Of a DNA stretch of 64,000 nucleotides, positions 18,685 to 28,373 are shown in pieces. The stretch lies in IMG/VR virus record IMGVR_UViG_3300009152_000005; one strand, 5' to 3'. The notes beneath the pieces were generated by a model. It ran no database searches. It was given only the letters and a program-made list of their open reading frames with translations, and had not been told where the DNA came from. Positions within the stretch are counted from its first letter, which is position 1. Each line of letters opens with the position of its first letter. The position numbers and the translations under genes are program-made. This stretch comes from an uncultured virus (IMG/VR IMGVR_UViG_3300009152_000005) (lineage: Duplodnaviria; Heunggongvirae; Uroviricota; Caudoviricetes).

Positions 18685-19256
18685 CGAGACTGCACTTCGA
18701 GCGTTTGAAGGAGGCTGCCGCTACCCGGTTGGGGCCGCTTGGTCGCCTGCCGTTGGGCAACACCGTAGGATTTGGCGTTCACTTCAGCCATTGGGCGTTG
18801 TGCGGCGCTCGGCGTGGGTCTCGGGAGCGGCTGCGAAGGTGGAGGGCCGCCGGCCGCCGGGACTTCACCCTCAGGCTTGGGGCCTGCCCCGAGGAACTGG
18901 CTGATGGGCACGAAAAAATCTCCGAGCTTGCCGTGCTTGTCCAAGTTTTCAACTTCCCCGGGCTTCAGGACGCCCGGGTTGAACATCGAAATGGCGTCGT
19001 CCTTGCTACGATACAGGCCCACGCCAAAATCCAGAAGCTGCTTCTGGTTCTGGCCGAGAAACTTGACTTCAGGACGGCCGAAGTCGGCCCGGGTCATAGT
19101 AACCCCCGGCACATCGGCGTTGAGCACCGCGGCGACGACCGGATTGGACATCAACGGGTCTTGGTCAGCCATTGCCGGTGAAACCTCCTGTGGAGGCTCC
19201 TCCGGGGTAGAGGCCGAGTCGGGGACACCAAGGTCAGTCAGCAGATTTTTTGCCAT
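18681..19256 (-). CDS. hypothetical Pro-rich protein
   Basis: 191-aa ORF, ATGA overlap with downstream gene. Confidence 0.6.
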   Translation of the reverse strand: MAKNLLTDLGVPDSASTPEEPPQEVSPAMADQDPLMSNPVVAAVLNADVPGVTMTRADFGRPEVKFLGQNQKQLLDFGVGLYRSKDDAISMFNPGVLKPGEVENLDKHGKLGDFFVPISQFLGAGPKPEGEVPAAGGPPPSQPLPRPTPSAAQRPMAEVNAKSYGVAQRQATKRPQPGSGSLLQTLEVQSR

Positions 19257-19368
19257 TGGGCTTGAGCAGTTTTCGGGACATGTTGACGAGCCGCTCCAGT
19301 TGTTCCGGAGTCAGCTTGAAGTCTTCGACCTTCAGCGGTTTGTGCAATTTCTGGTCACTTTTTGCCAT
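19234..19368 (-). CDS. small hypothetical protein (44 aa, not in ORF track)
   Basis: MAKSDQKLHKPLKVEDFKLTPEQLERLVNMSRKLLKPNGKKSAD bridges the two flanking genes. Confidence 0.5.
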   Translation of the reverse strand: MAKSDQKLHKPLKVEDFKLTPEQLERLVNMSRKLLKPNGKKSAD

Positions 19369-22300
19369 ACGCTGAGGATACTCGGGCCTTCGGTGTAATG
19401 TCAACCTCGGGCTTGCTCGTCTGGAGCTGGCCCGCCTCGGTCATTTTGGTCCGGTCCAAGAAGCTCTTGTAGTCGGACTTCTCGGCACCCCGACCGCCTC
19501 GGGACCACCCCTTTTCATCCCACAGGTCCTTCTCCAAGAACCACATGAGAGCCTGAAGAGAGTCCGGCTTGATGCCTATCCGGTCCGCAGCCTTGCGGAA
19601 CGCTTTCTGGCCGAAAGCAAAGTCATGGTCCTGTACGCTCGACTCGTGGTCAGGCGTCAGGCGCCAAGGCTTTCCGGAGTCTTCACTACCAATACGGTGC
19701 AGGATGCGGGTCGCCCAGACGTCAATTGTGGCCTCGAACGTGGTGCCCGCAAGGTTGCCGGCGAAGTTCGGGGTCTTGGGGCCGGTCACCGTGTCCGCCC
19801 AGATGCCGGCGAGCACGTTGAGGACTTGACGTCCGTTTTGGCCGAAGTTCTTCCCGTTCTCCTTCAGCGGGACCAAACCGTGCTTTTTCACCCACCAGTT
19901 ACGCAACCGGGGGACCGGCGTGTCGGCAAGGTCAGCATCGTCGATGGACACCTTGCCCTTGCTGTCCGCAGCATACTCGGCGAGTAACTCCGGGTCCCGG
20001 GCCGCGATGCGGTCGATTCCTTCCTTGAACTTGGCTAGCTGCGCGTCGTAATCCCCGGCCTTAAACTTGTTGAAGGCTTCGACCGTGTACTTGAAGTTTT
20101 CGGCGACCGGCGTTTGGGCCGAGGTGGCGGCGAGAAGCTGCGTGAAAAACAGGGTGGCATCACCAAGCAGCGGTTGAAGCCGGTCCCGCACGTCGGAGTA
20201 CCAAGTCTCCGCGGCCTTGATTTCGGGGCGGTGCGACTCCTGTTTGTGGAGCTGCACAATTTTGTCCGCAAACGCCTCCGCGGCTGCTTCTTCACGGGCA
20301 TCCCCGCGCAGACCCTTGGCCGCCTCCTTGTAGAGCGGCGTCGACTCAAAGTCGTATGGCACCTTGATGGGCACGAGGTCTCCATCGGAGTCGAGCTTGA
20401 ACTGCCCGGTCGCGTCCTTGCGGAACTCCAGCGGGATGGCCTCAGGGAACTTCGACTTGACCATCTTGGACCGCTTCGACGCCTGTTGCGCGGGAGTCTC
20501 GTCGAGGTCATCAAAGCCGGCCTTGGCGCGGGCCTTGGGCGAAAAACTGGCGTCGCTCGGGATGACGCTGACGGTGTCGATTGCGTTGCCCCGGCGCCGC
20601 TGGATGTCGAAGGACGGACCGAAGACCTTCTCACGGAGTCGGACGACGTTTTCGCCGCCGACGATGGTGCCCTTGAGTTCGGTCACACCGGCAGCATTGA
20701 GCCGGGTGCCCAGCTCGCGGTACAGCGCCTCGCCGATGCCCTTTCGTTGATGTGCCTCGTCGACCGAGACGAGCCCGACCATAGCCGAGTCCGGCGAAGT
20801 CTGGTTCGCGCTGATGTACCCGATGGGGCGCTCCTCGCTGTCGAAAACGCGCAGCGTGAACATGCCCGTGCTCGGGATGCTCTCGTCCTTGAAGGCGTAG
20901 CCGAGTTCTTCCACCGCGCGGCCGGAGCCGGTCTTGGGGGAGAAACTCGCCTGTCCAGACATGACGGCCTCCTTGATGGCAGGCGTGATGTCGAGGGAGT
21001 GTACTGTCTCACCTCCCGAAATACGTTGCGCCGCCGCAACAGCATCTGCCTCAGTTTTGAAAGAGGTGGTATCAGCGTGGATATTTCCGTTCTTATCAAT
21101 GACAACCCACTTGTCACGAGATTTATCGAAATACGCTTTGACACCTTGCACGGGACTGACCTTGTCCGTACCCACTTTCTGCCCGCTCTTCTTCACCGCC
21201 GGCAGGCCGTTGACGACGTTCTGGAAGTCAACATTGTACAACTTTCTCAACCCTTCTCCGCCAACATTCAACCCGTCGCCTGTAAACTCCGCACTCTCGT
21301 ATTCTGGTTTGGCGCTCGCTGAAATCTTTGTCACCGCTTGCTCTGCGATTTCCTTTCCGAGAGTGTCTGCAAGCTGTTTCGCGTCCATGTCGCCACCGCG
21401 CGGCACGCCGATGCTGCCGCCCTTGTCGGTCACATGTGCCTGATACTTTCCGTCCTTCGTTCCATTCACGAGGATTCGGTCTACCTGCTTGCTAAGCTGG
21501 TATCTTCCTGACTGTTGTTCACCAGTCGTCCAACCCAGTTTGTCGGCACCCATTTCAACCGCTTTTCGCAGAGCCCACTTGAGTCCGATGTCGCGCCACT
21601 TGTCTTGAAACAACTTGGGCATCTTCTCGAACTGTTCCGGCTGCGGGGCCTGCACTTCTTCAAGGAACAGCATCTTTTTGCCATCCGAGGTGGTGCGCTC
21701 GTTGTACCGAAGCCGGGTTACGGGGTTCTTGACATCGTTGTAGGCCGCGTGGCCATCTTTCCAACCCGACTCGGGTTGCTTCCTTTCAAGAACGTACTTG
21801 AGCGCCGCGTCAGACGAAGGGTGCTTGGCCTTTGGAATCTGGAAGGTCTGTCCCGGGGCGTCGATGACCCAGTACCGCCCACCATCACGAGACGCACTCT
21901 CGGCCTCGTTCAGCTTCAGGTTCTCCTTGGTATAAACGGGCTTGGCCGGGGGCACCGTGAGCAGCACCTCGCGGTAGCTGCCTTCCTTGCCGCCGTGAAT
22001 TTGGTACGAATCGAACTTTGTTCCAATCTCGCGACGATGGGCAGCGTCCGCGTCACCCTCGCGGAGGTGGACAAATTTCTCGACGCCGTCCCGGAAAGTG
22101 CCGTTGTCAAACGTGACCAAGGTCGTTTGATTCGGGTTGTTCTTCGGGACTCCGTACACCTTTCCGCCCGATGCAAGGATTGCCTTCGCCCGCTCCACAC
22201 TTAGGTTTGGGTCGCCACCCAACGTCACGTCCTTGACAACAATCTGGTTGGCCTTGAGGTAGTCGAGCACCTCCGACTTGGTATAAACCTTGCCGTCTTC

Positions 22301-25300
22301 CAAGTCGCCGACGCCGACCAAGTCGTACTCGCCACGAGACGTGCCGAGTTTCGAGTTCTGGATGAGCGACTTCCACTGCGCGCCGGTGGCCTTGCCTTGC
22401 TGCGACTCTTCGACTGTCCGGTTGAGGCGAGAGTAGAACGCGGGGCGCTCTTCTGTGGGTGCCGGCTGTTCGCCTGCCTTGGGGGAAAAACTGGCCGCAT
22501 CCTTCGGCACCGTCGCTTTCTTCAGGGGCTTCGGGGAAATCCCCAGTGCCGTTGGTGCCGTCTTCTCGAACAACGCCACCACATCGCGACCGCTAGACTT
22601 GACGCGGAGGCCCGTGTAGCCGGCATCGCGCAGTTTCTGGTCGGCCTTCTCGCGGTTGACCTCGCCCAGCCAATTGAGGGGGTCGCTGTTGCGGGTCAGG
22701 TCATAAATGCCGCCGCCATGCGCCCGGACACCGTAGGACGGCCGAACCGTCAAGTTGGCGTCCGCACCGGTGCCGCTGCCCTCGACGAAGTAGTAGGTCT
22801 TTGGCAGGCCGCGCCGGTCCGTCGCCGTGGCTGCCGCGGTGCCGAACTTCTTCGGGTCGAGCACGTCCAGATTGCCGCCGTGGCCCGAGTAATGCAGCAG
22901 GCGCAGGTCCTTGTCGCCGACGGAGTCGGGCAACGGCGGCCTGCGGACGAGCTGCGGGGTGCCGGGCTCGGGCTTGATGGTGTCACGCTCTTCCTGACGG
23001 GCCGGCTCGGCTTTGCGGGCAGCCTTGCGCGCCTCATACTCCGCCATTGTGGGCATGAAGCTGGTAGCCTCAGCAACGAGCTTGGGCGGCAGCAGGGCGG
23101 CCTTTTGTTCCGCGTAGGGACGTTCGGTGACGGGGAGGTAGTCGGCGTCGCCCTTGACCGGCAGAGAGCCGTCCTTGCGCCGAAGGTGCTCCCCGTAGTT
23201 CACCCAACTGTTCTGGCCCAAGGTCTCCGCAGCGAGTGCTTGGACTGCATCCTCCGAAAACATCCGAGCGTGCGCGAGGTACGCATTGTACTCGCCCCGC
23301 GGACCGAACTCGTAGCCTTCCTTGGCGTGACCGAAAAAGTCATGCACTGCCCGGAAGATGTCGTTGACCGGAACATTTTTGCCGCCAACGGATACCCCCG
23401 AAGGAGTAAGCATCGGGTGGTCAACTACGGCACCCCCTTGACCATACCCTTGCTCGGTCGGGAAATACCACAGGTGCTTGTTGTCCGCGACGTCGACCCG
23501 CATGTCCGCGGAGTTGCGATACGGTTGCCCCGACTGCTCCCAAGGCTCCATCGTGTACCCGGCCGCCTTGATGGCTTCCCACTGCGCCTTGGTCTCCGCT
23601 GCGAGCGCCGAGTATGCCTTCCGCACCGCGGGGTCGTTCGGGGCGTCCTTTGCCGCTTGGTACGCGTCCGCCAACCGCTTCGCCCGGGATTCGTCGACAG
23701 TCGCGTAGCCACGGAATGCGGACTTCGTGATGCCGCTCCCGCGGATGTACTCGTCCGCGATTCCCCGGACCTTGTCTGAGCCCTTGGGCTGGCTCACGTC
23801 GGGCATGAACCCGGCGCGAATCAGGTCCGTGCTCGGCGCGCGGAATCCGGACTCCGGGCGGCCAGTCACTTTCTTGATGTTCTCAAGGTTCAGCTCCTCC
23901 GTCACCTTGAAGAGTCCGGCCTCCGTAACATCCACCCCCCGCGCAGCGAGCCGGTCCCGCAGCGGGTTGGTCTCCGCAATGGGGAGGTTGTTGCGCGTGT
24001 AAACGTCTTTGCCCGGTTCCGCGGTCCGGGAAGGCACCACCGGGCGCTGGTTTGCCTCGGCGAGCCTGCGTGCCTCGATGTTCGGCACCACCGGCTTGGT
24101 TTTGCTGCCCTTCGTGGTCTTGGGCGGGGCAAGGCCCATGACCAAGTTCACGTAGTCGGCGCGTTCCTTCGGAAGAGTGACTGGACGAAAAGTGGGGTTC
24201 TCGTCGGGGATGATGCCTTGGTAATCGGCTGGCCGTGCAACGCGGGAGCCGTCTCCACCGTAACCGTTCGCTTGGTTGCGCGTGTAGACCTCAAGGTCCG
24301 TCACGAACTGCCGAGACGCCTCCGGGGTAAACCCGCCATCGGGCCGCAGCGCGTAGGGGACCTCACCCTCCGCGCCTTTGCCGACGATGCGCTTGTTGAT
24401 GACGTCCGAGTTCGCCAGCACCTTGTCGAGCGACATCGCCAACAGGTTGACGTTCGACCCGCGGGTCTGCCACCGGTACGGGACCGCGACCTTGTCGACC
24501 AAGATGCGCACGTCTGCGGGCAGCTTTCCGAGTGCTTCTTGGATGTACGCTGCGTCCTGTTCCACTTTCCGGGCTCGGGCATCAGTGCCGCTGTTGCCGG
24601 TCGGCGTGACCGACTCATAGTCGATGGTCAGCGGTGCGACGTCTCCTTGGCTCCGCGATAGTGACCGGTTGACCTGCTCAAAAATTGCAACTTCTTTTTT
24701 GCCGTACTTCGGGTTCGACATCAACCCGATGGCCGCGTCTTCGATGCCGGCGCCCTTGGCCACCTTGTCGAGTTCTGCCTGCCGCGCCGGGTCGACGCGG
24801 ATGTTGCGGCGCGGCGCGATGGACTCCGGGGCTGCGGCCGGCGTCTCGATGACCGGAGCGGGGGCTTCCAATCCAATCTCCTTGATGCCACGCGACGCGA
24901 CCTCGGCGGCCTTGAAGCCGGGCTCGACACCGAGAGCACTCGCGGTAGGCGAAGTGCCGGGCTCGCGGATTTCCGGGGTCCGGACACCGAGTTTTTCAAG
25001 CCCCCGGCCGACAAGGTCTGCCACCGTTCGGAGAATCGTCGGCTTGACCGTGCCAAGACCGTCGGCATTGATGACCTTGCTGAGGACTTCCGCAGCGACC
25101 TCGTGCAGCACCCAGTCCGGGTTGCTCGCCGCGGCTGGGTTTTCGGCACCTTTGAGGGCTGCGGTGTACATTTCCCCGAACTGCCCAAGCTGCTCGGGGG
25201 TGTAGCTGTCGCGCAAAGTTTGCAGGAACTCCGCTCGGGCCTCGGGTGCGAGCAACTGGAAAACCGCGTGGCCGACCTCATGGCCAAGCGCGGTCGTGTC

Positions 25301-27031
25301 CCCGTTCAGGAAAATCTTGTCCCCGCTGACGTACCCGTTGGTGTTGTACTCCGACAGCGGCGTCCGCCCGGCCGCGGCTTCCGCTTCGCCAACCTGCTTG
25401 TCGTAGACGTCCTTCGGGAGCAGGTAGACCTCGATTCCCTTCTTGCGGACCACCTCACGGATATGGTTGAGCTGGTTCGCGTCCTTCTCATCCACCACCT
25501 TGATTTGCCGGTCGTGGGCGACATCGAGCGCCGGAATGGTCCCGAAGCCCTCGCTGGTTTGCTTGACGGCGTCGAACTGCTTGAAGCGTGCGCGGACTGC
25601 CTGAAGCGCAGCCTCGCGCGGTACGTCCTTGAGCCCCGCCGCCGTGCCGCCAAGAGCGCCAAAGACGGCACCGCCTGCAACGATACCGGACGCTTCGTCA
25701 GGAGTTTCTGCGCCAGCGAGGAACGGGACTGACGCTGTGGCACCGTGGAGCGCACCCTCGACCACCGGGAAAACGGTGCGTGCGGCCGAACCCGCAACGG
25801 TCGGGGAGGACAACACAGTGTCGAGAGCGTTGACCATCCGGCCGTTGCCAATCGCGGACGCGGCTTTGCCGGCCAGCTTGGTGCCCTTCTCGACGGCCTT
25901 GAGAGTGAGCGACGGACCAGCTCCTGCCAGAACGCTGGCTTCCTCCTTGATGAACTTGTTCACCACGCCGGTGCCTTTGCTCGTCATGGTCAGGCCGCGA
26001 CCCGCCATGGTGGCGGATGCGTCACCAAGCCGGGTGAGCTTCTGCAACAACGTCTGCGCTGCCTCCTTGCCGGATGCGACCGCAAGTGTCTTGCCGGCAG
26101 CTTCGACGGCAAAAAATCCTCGCGCCATCGGAACCAAGTTGACCGGGTCCAGCAGCAACTGCCAGCTCGCGATGTTTGCCGGATTGAGCGTGACGCCGTC
26201 CTTGGCCAACGATTCTGGGTCGAGCCCGGTCCACGCGGGGAGGGCCTCGCCCTTGGCGGCAGCGAGCAACGTGGACTTGATGGCCGCATCCTCTTGGAGG
26301 TGCGCCTCAAGCTCGTCGTCCGTCAGTTGCTTCGGGTCACCGACAAGTTTCTTCAGGACCTTCTGCGGGTCGAGCGGCCCGAGCGATTTCAGGGGGTTGA
26401 TGTCCGTCAGCGTTGGGTTGTTCGCGATATTGCGAACCCCCGTCCGGACAAGGTTGGCCATGCTTCCCGCTGCGGAAGTCGCCCCCGAGACGGCTTCACC
26501 TACGAACGTCTGAGCCTCTTTTTCGTCAGGCGTGAGGGGCTCGTCGGGGTTGCCCCAGTTCTTCTTGATGGCCAACCGCGCCAGCGAAAACGGAGGTAGC
26601 TTGTCGTAAGCGACCAAGGTCTTACCGACCCCGACGACGCTATCCCAAACGTGCCCCGCATCGGCTGCAACCCCCGCCGCCGTGGGCATCTTGAAGCCAG
26701 ACTGGAGCTGCTTCCGGTACGCGTCCAGATACCGCTTTCGCAGCACCGGGTCGCCTTGGATGAGTTCTTGGTGCTCTGCCCAAGTCGACGCGATGTCGCT
26801 ATCCTGAAGCTCCTCGGCTGAGACCGGTTTGACCGTGGAGACGTCGTAGCCAGCGTCGGCGGACGGCCCGACGGGAGTCACGGTCGAGGCGTCATACCCT
26901 TCATCCGCCGCCGGCCCGACGGGAGTCAATGTCGAGACGTCGTAACCTTCATCCGCCGCCGGCTGCGGGCGGGAAAGGATGGCCTTGATAGCGGTCGGGG
27001 ACCACGGAGCGTGCGGAGCTTGGGTTGCCAT
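19355..27031 (-). CDS. giant internal virion (ejection) polyvalent protein, about 2558 aa
   Basis: ATG at 27031 overlaps upstream stop; HEVGH metallopeptidase, VHDFFGH domain, ART-like LLHYS...LDP..FGT, GNAT QRKGIGEALY, C-terminal HhH-like TIDVW...LQALMW. Confidence 0.8.
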   Translation of the reverse strand: MATQAPHAPWSPTAIKAILSRPQPAADEGYDVSTLTPVGPAADEGYDASTVTPVGPSADAGYDVSTVKPVSAEELQDSDIASTWAEHQELIQGDPVLRKRYLDAYRKQLQSGFKMPTAAGVAADAGHVWDSVVGVGKTLVAYDKLPPFSLARLAIKKNWGNPDEPLTPDEKEAQTFVGEAVSGATSAAGSMANLVRTGVRNIANNPTLTDINPLKSLGPLDPQKVLKKLVGDPKQLTDDELEAHLQEDAAIKSTLLAAAKGEALPAWTGLDPESLAKDGVTLNPANIASWQLLLDPVNLVPMARGFFAVEAAGKTLAVASGKEAAQTLLQKLTRLGDASATMAGRGLTMTSKGTGVVNKFIKEEASVLAGAGPSLTLKAVEKGTKLAGKAASAIGNGRMVNALDTVLSSPTVAGSAARTVFPVVEGALHGATASVPFLAGAETPDEASGIVAGGAVFGALGGTAAGLKDVPREAALQAVRARFKQFDAVKQTSEGFGTIPALDVAHDRQIKVVDEKDANQLNHIREVVRKKGIEVYLLPKDVYDKQVGEAEAAAGRTPLSEYNTNGYVSGDKIFLNGDTTALGHEVGHAVFQLLAPEARAEFLQTLRDSYTPEQLGQFGEMYTAALKGAENPAAASNPDWVLHEVAAEVLSKVINADGLGTVKPTILRTVADLVGRGLEKLGVRTPEIREPGTSPTASALGVEPGFKAAEVASRGIKEIGLEAPAPVIETPAAAPESIAPRRNIRVDPARQAELDKVAKGAGIEDAAIGLMSNPKYGKKEVAIFEQVNRSLSRSQGDVAPLTIDYESVTPTGNSGTDARARKVEQDAAYIQEALGKLPADVRILVDKVAVPYRWQTRGSNVNLLAMSLDKVLANSDVINKRIVGKGAEGEVPYALRPDGGFTPEASRQFVTDLEVYTRNQANGYGGDGSRVARPADYQGIIPDENPTFRPVTLPKERADYVNLVMGLAPPKTTKGSKTKPVVPNIEARRLAEANQRPVVPSRTAEPGKDVYTRNNLPIAETNPLRDRLAARGVDVTEAGLFKVTEELNLENIKKVTGRPESGFRAPSTDLIRAGFMPDVSQPKGSDKVRGIADEYIRGSGITKSAFRGYATVDESRAKRLADAYQAAKDAPNDPAVRKAYSALAAETKAQWEAIKAAGYTMEPWEQSGQPYRNSADMRVDVADNKHLWYFPTEQGYGQGGAVVDHPMLTPSGVSVGGKNVPVNDIFRAVHDFFGHAKEGYEFGPRGEYNAYLAHARMFSEDAVQALAAETLGQNSWVNYGEHLRRKDGSLPVKGDADYLPVTERPYAEQKAALLPPKLVAEATSFMPTMAEYEARKAARKAEPARQEERDTIKPEPGTPQLVRRPPLPDSVGDKDLRLLHYSGHGGNLDVLDPKKFGTAAATATDRRGLPKTYYFVEGSGTGADANLTVRPSYGVRAHGGGIYDLTRNSDPLNWLGEVNREKADQKLRDAGYTGLRVKSSGRDVVALFEKTAPTALGISPKPLKKATVPKDAASFSPKAGEQPAPTEERPAFYSRLNRTVEESQQGKATGAQWKSLIQNSKLGTSRGEYDLVGVGDLEDGKVYTKSEVLDYLKANQIVVKDVTLGGDPNLSVERAKAILASGGKVYGVPKNNPNQTTLVTFDNGTFRDGVEKFVHLREGDADAAHRREIGTKFDSYQIHGGKEGSYREVLLTVPPAKPVYTKENLKLNEAESASRDGGRYWVIDAPGQTFQIPKAKHPSSDAALKYVLERKQPESGWKDGHAAYNDVKNPVTRLRYNERTTSDGKKMLFLEEVQAPQPEQFEKMPKLFQDKWRDIGLKWALRKAVEMGADKLGWTTGEQQSGRYQLSKQVDRILVNGTKDGKYQAHVTDKGGSIGVPRGGDMDAKQLADTLGKEIAEQAVTKISASAKPEYESAEFTGDGLNVGGEGLRKLYNVDFQNVVNGLPAVKKSGQKVGTDKVSPVQGVKAYFDKSRDKWVVIDKNGNIHADTTSFKTEADAVAAAQRISGGETVHSLDITPAIKEAVMSGQASFSPKTGSGRAVEELGYAFKDESIPSTGMFTLRVFDSEERPIGYISANQTSPDSAMVGLVSVDEAHQRKGIGEALYRELGTRLNAAGVTELKGTIVGGENVVRLREKVFGPSFDIQRRRGNAIDTVSVIPSDASFSPKARAKAGFDDLDETPAQQASKRSKMVKSKFPEAIPLEFRKDATGQFKLDSDGDLVPIKVPYDFESTPLYKEAAKGLRGDAREEAAAEAFADKIVQLHKQESHRPEIKAAETWYSDVRDRLQPLLGDATLFFTQLLAATSAQTPVAENFKYTVEAFNKFKAGDYDAQLAKFKEGIDRIAARDPELLAEYAADSKGKVSIDDADLADTPVPRLRNWWVKKHGLVPLKENGKNFGQNGRQVLNVLAGIWADTVTGPKTPNFAGNLAGTTFEATIDVWATRILHRIGSEDSGKPWRLTPDHESSVQDHDFAFGQKAFRKAADRIGIKPDSLQALMWFLEKDLWDEKGWSRGGRGAEKSDYKSFLDRTKMTEAGQLQTSKPEVDITPKARVSSAYGKK
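26826..26965 (-). repeat. 48-bp tandem repeat x3 (PAADEGYDVSTxTPVG)
   Basis: Three degenerate copies at the N-terminus of the giant protein. Confidence 0.85.
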
Positions 27032-28371
27032 CAGGGTACGTCGTTGACCGGAATAATCTTGTCTGGGTTCGCCGGATTTCTCCGACCAAATCCGCGGAAT
27101 GCGGGCCGACCGTTCAAGGCCGGGAAGTTCCACTCTTCAAGGCCGGCTGAGGCCTTCTTCGAGGGTGCCGCCGGCTTTGCGTCCGAGAGGTACTGAAGGT
27201 CGTCTGGAGTGAAGACATGCGCAAGCGGGACATCGTGATACCGAGCCAACAATGCCTGCCGTTCTGCAAGGTTCGCAAACGTCTTTTTCTGCCCGTCGAA
27301 AGCCTGCCGCCCTGCCGCGAGAATCTCTGCTCGTTGTTCCGGAGCCAATATGTTGCCGGCCTTAGCCTTTTCAAAGTACGTCGTGAATTGGTCCTTCCAT
27401 CCCGCCGTTTTTTTGATTGTGTCGTAGTCGTTGTCCGTGACCCTCGCACCCGGGTCCAAGATTTTCATGTACGAGAATATCATGGAGACGTCGTCCGAGG
27501 CACTCGGCTTCGCGTTGTCTCCTGCATTTTTCAGTTTGTTGAACGACGCTTGGACTGTCCGGAAGTTTTTGACTTCAGGGGAGTCATCGAACTCCTTGCG
27601 TATTCCGGACGCGACGTCCATGGGGTCCTTCTGCTTGCCCAACTGCATGAGTTGGAGCGCCTGTGCGTGCTCCCGCTTCCGCAGTTCTGCAACCTTCTGC
27701 GCAAGCTGCGGCAAGGTAAGTGTGCCAGCGGGGACGTCGAGTTCTCCCGCCGTGCTGAGGACACCCTCGTAGAGCGCCTTGGTGCCCGCGGGGTCGTTCG
27801 CTCTCCGGTGCAACTCATCCGAGAAAATGGTCCATTTGTCCTCGTCGGCCTTGAGTATGCCTTGAACCCGGCCCAGATTCGCTTTGGCCTGCGCCCTTTC
27901 CACGTCGTTGTTTGCCTTGGCAATCTCGCCTTGACCTTCGAGAAGAGACGCCTCGTTCTTGAGTTTGACGACCTTATTGGTGCGTTCTATCCCAGAGAGG
28001 CCGAACTCGTCCATCTGGTCCCGCAGGGAGGCGCGCTTCACCGCCGTTGCCTCGCCGAGGAGGCCGCTGTTCGCGCCAGCGGTATCGGCACCAAGCGTGT
28101 CCTCGGCAATCTTTCGCCGGGTGTTCGCCGGGCGTGCTTCAATGTTTGCCGCGGACTGGCTGATGGTGTCCTCGTTCGTGGCCACCGCTGCCCTCCGTTT
28201 GGACGGCTGGACGGTGATGTTGTCGATGATGTCGCTGGTGTCGAGGAATCCCGACTTGAACGCGGCATGCAATTTGCCGATGGCGTCCAGCGAGTCGGTC
28301 TGCTGCGGCGCCGGGACGGCCATGATGTCACCGCCCGAGATTCGACCGCCTTGGTCTGCGTAGGTAGGCAT
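27031..28371 (-). CDS. internal virion / DNA ejection protein
   Basis: Ala/Gln/Lys-rich helical protein with MKILDPG.RV...D motif, between pilot and giant protein. Confidence 0.6.
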   Translation of the reverse strand: MPTYADQGGRISGGDIMAVPAPQQTDSLDAIGKLHAAFKSGFLDTSDIIDNITVQPSKRRAAVATNEDTISQSAANIEARPANTRRKIAEDTLGADTAGANSGLLGEATAVKRASLRDQMDEFGLSGIERTNKVVKLKNEASLLEGQGEIAKANNDVERAQAKANLGRVQGILKADEDKWTIFSDELHRRANDPAGTKALYEGVLSTAGELDVPAGTLTLPQLAQKVAELRKREHAQALQLMQLGKQKDPMDVASGIRKEFDDSPEVKNFRTVQASFNKLKNAGDNAKPSASDDVSMIFSYMKILDPGARVTDNDYDTIKKTAGWKDQFTTYFEKAKAGNILAPEQRAEILAAGRQAFDGQKKTFANLAERQALLARYHDVPLAHVFTPDDLQYLSDAKPAAPSKKASAGLEEWNFPALNGRPAFRGFGRRNPANPDKIIPVNDVP

Positions 28372-28373
28372 AT

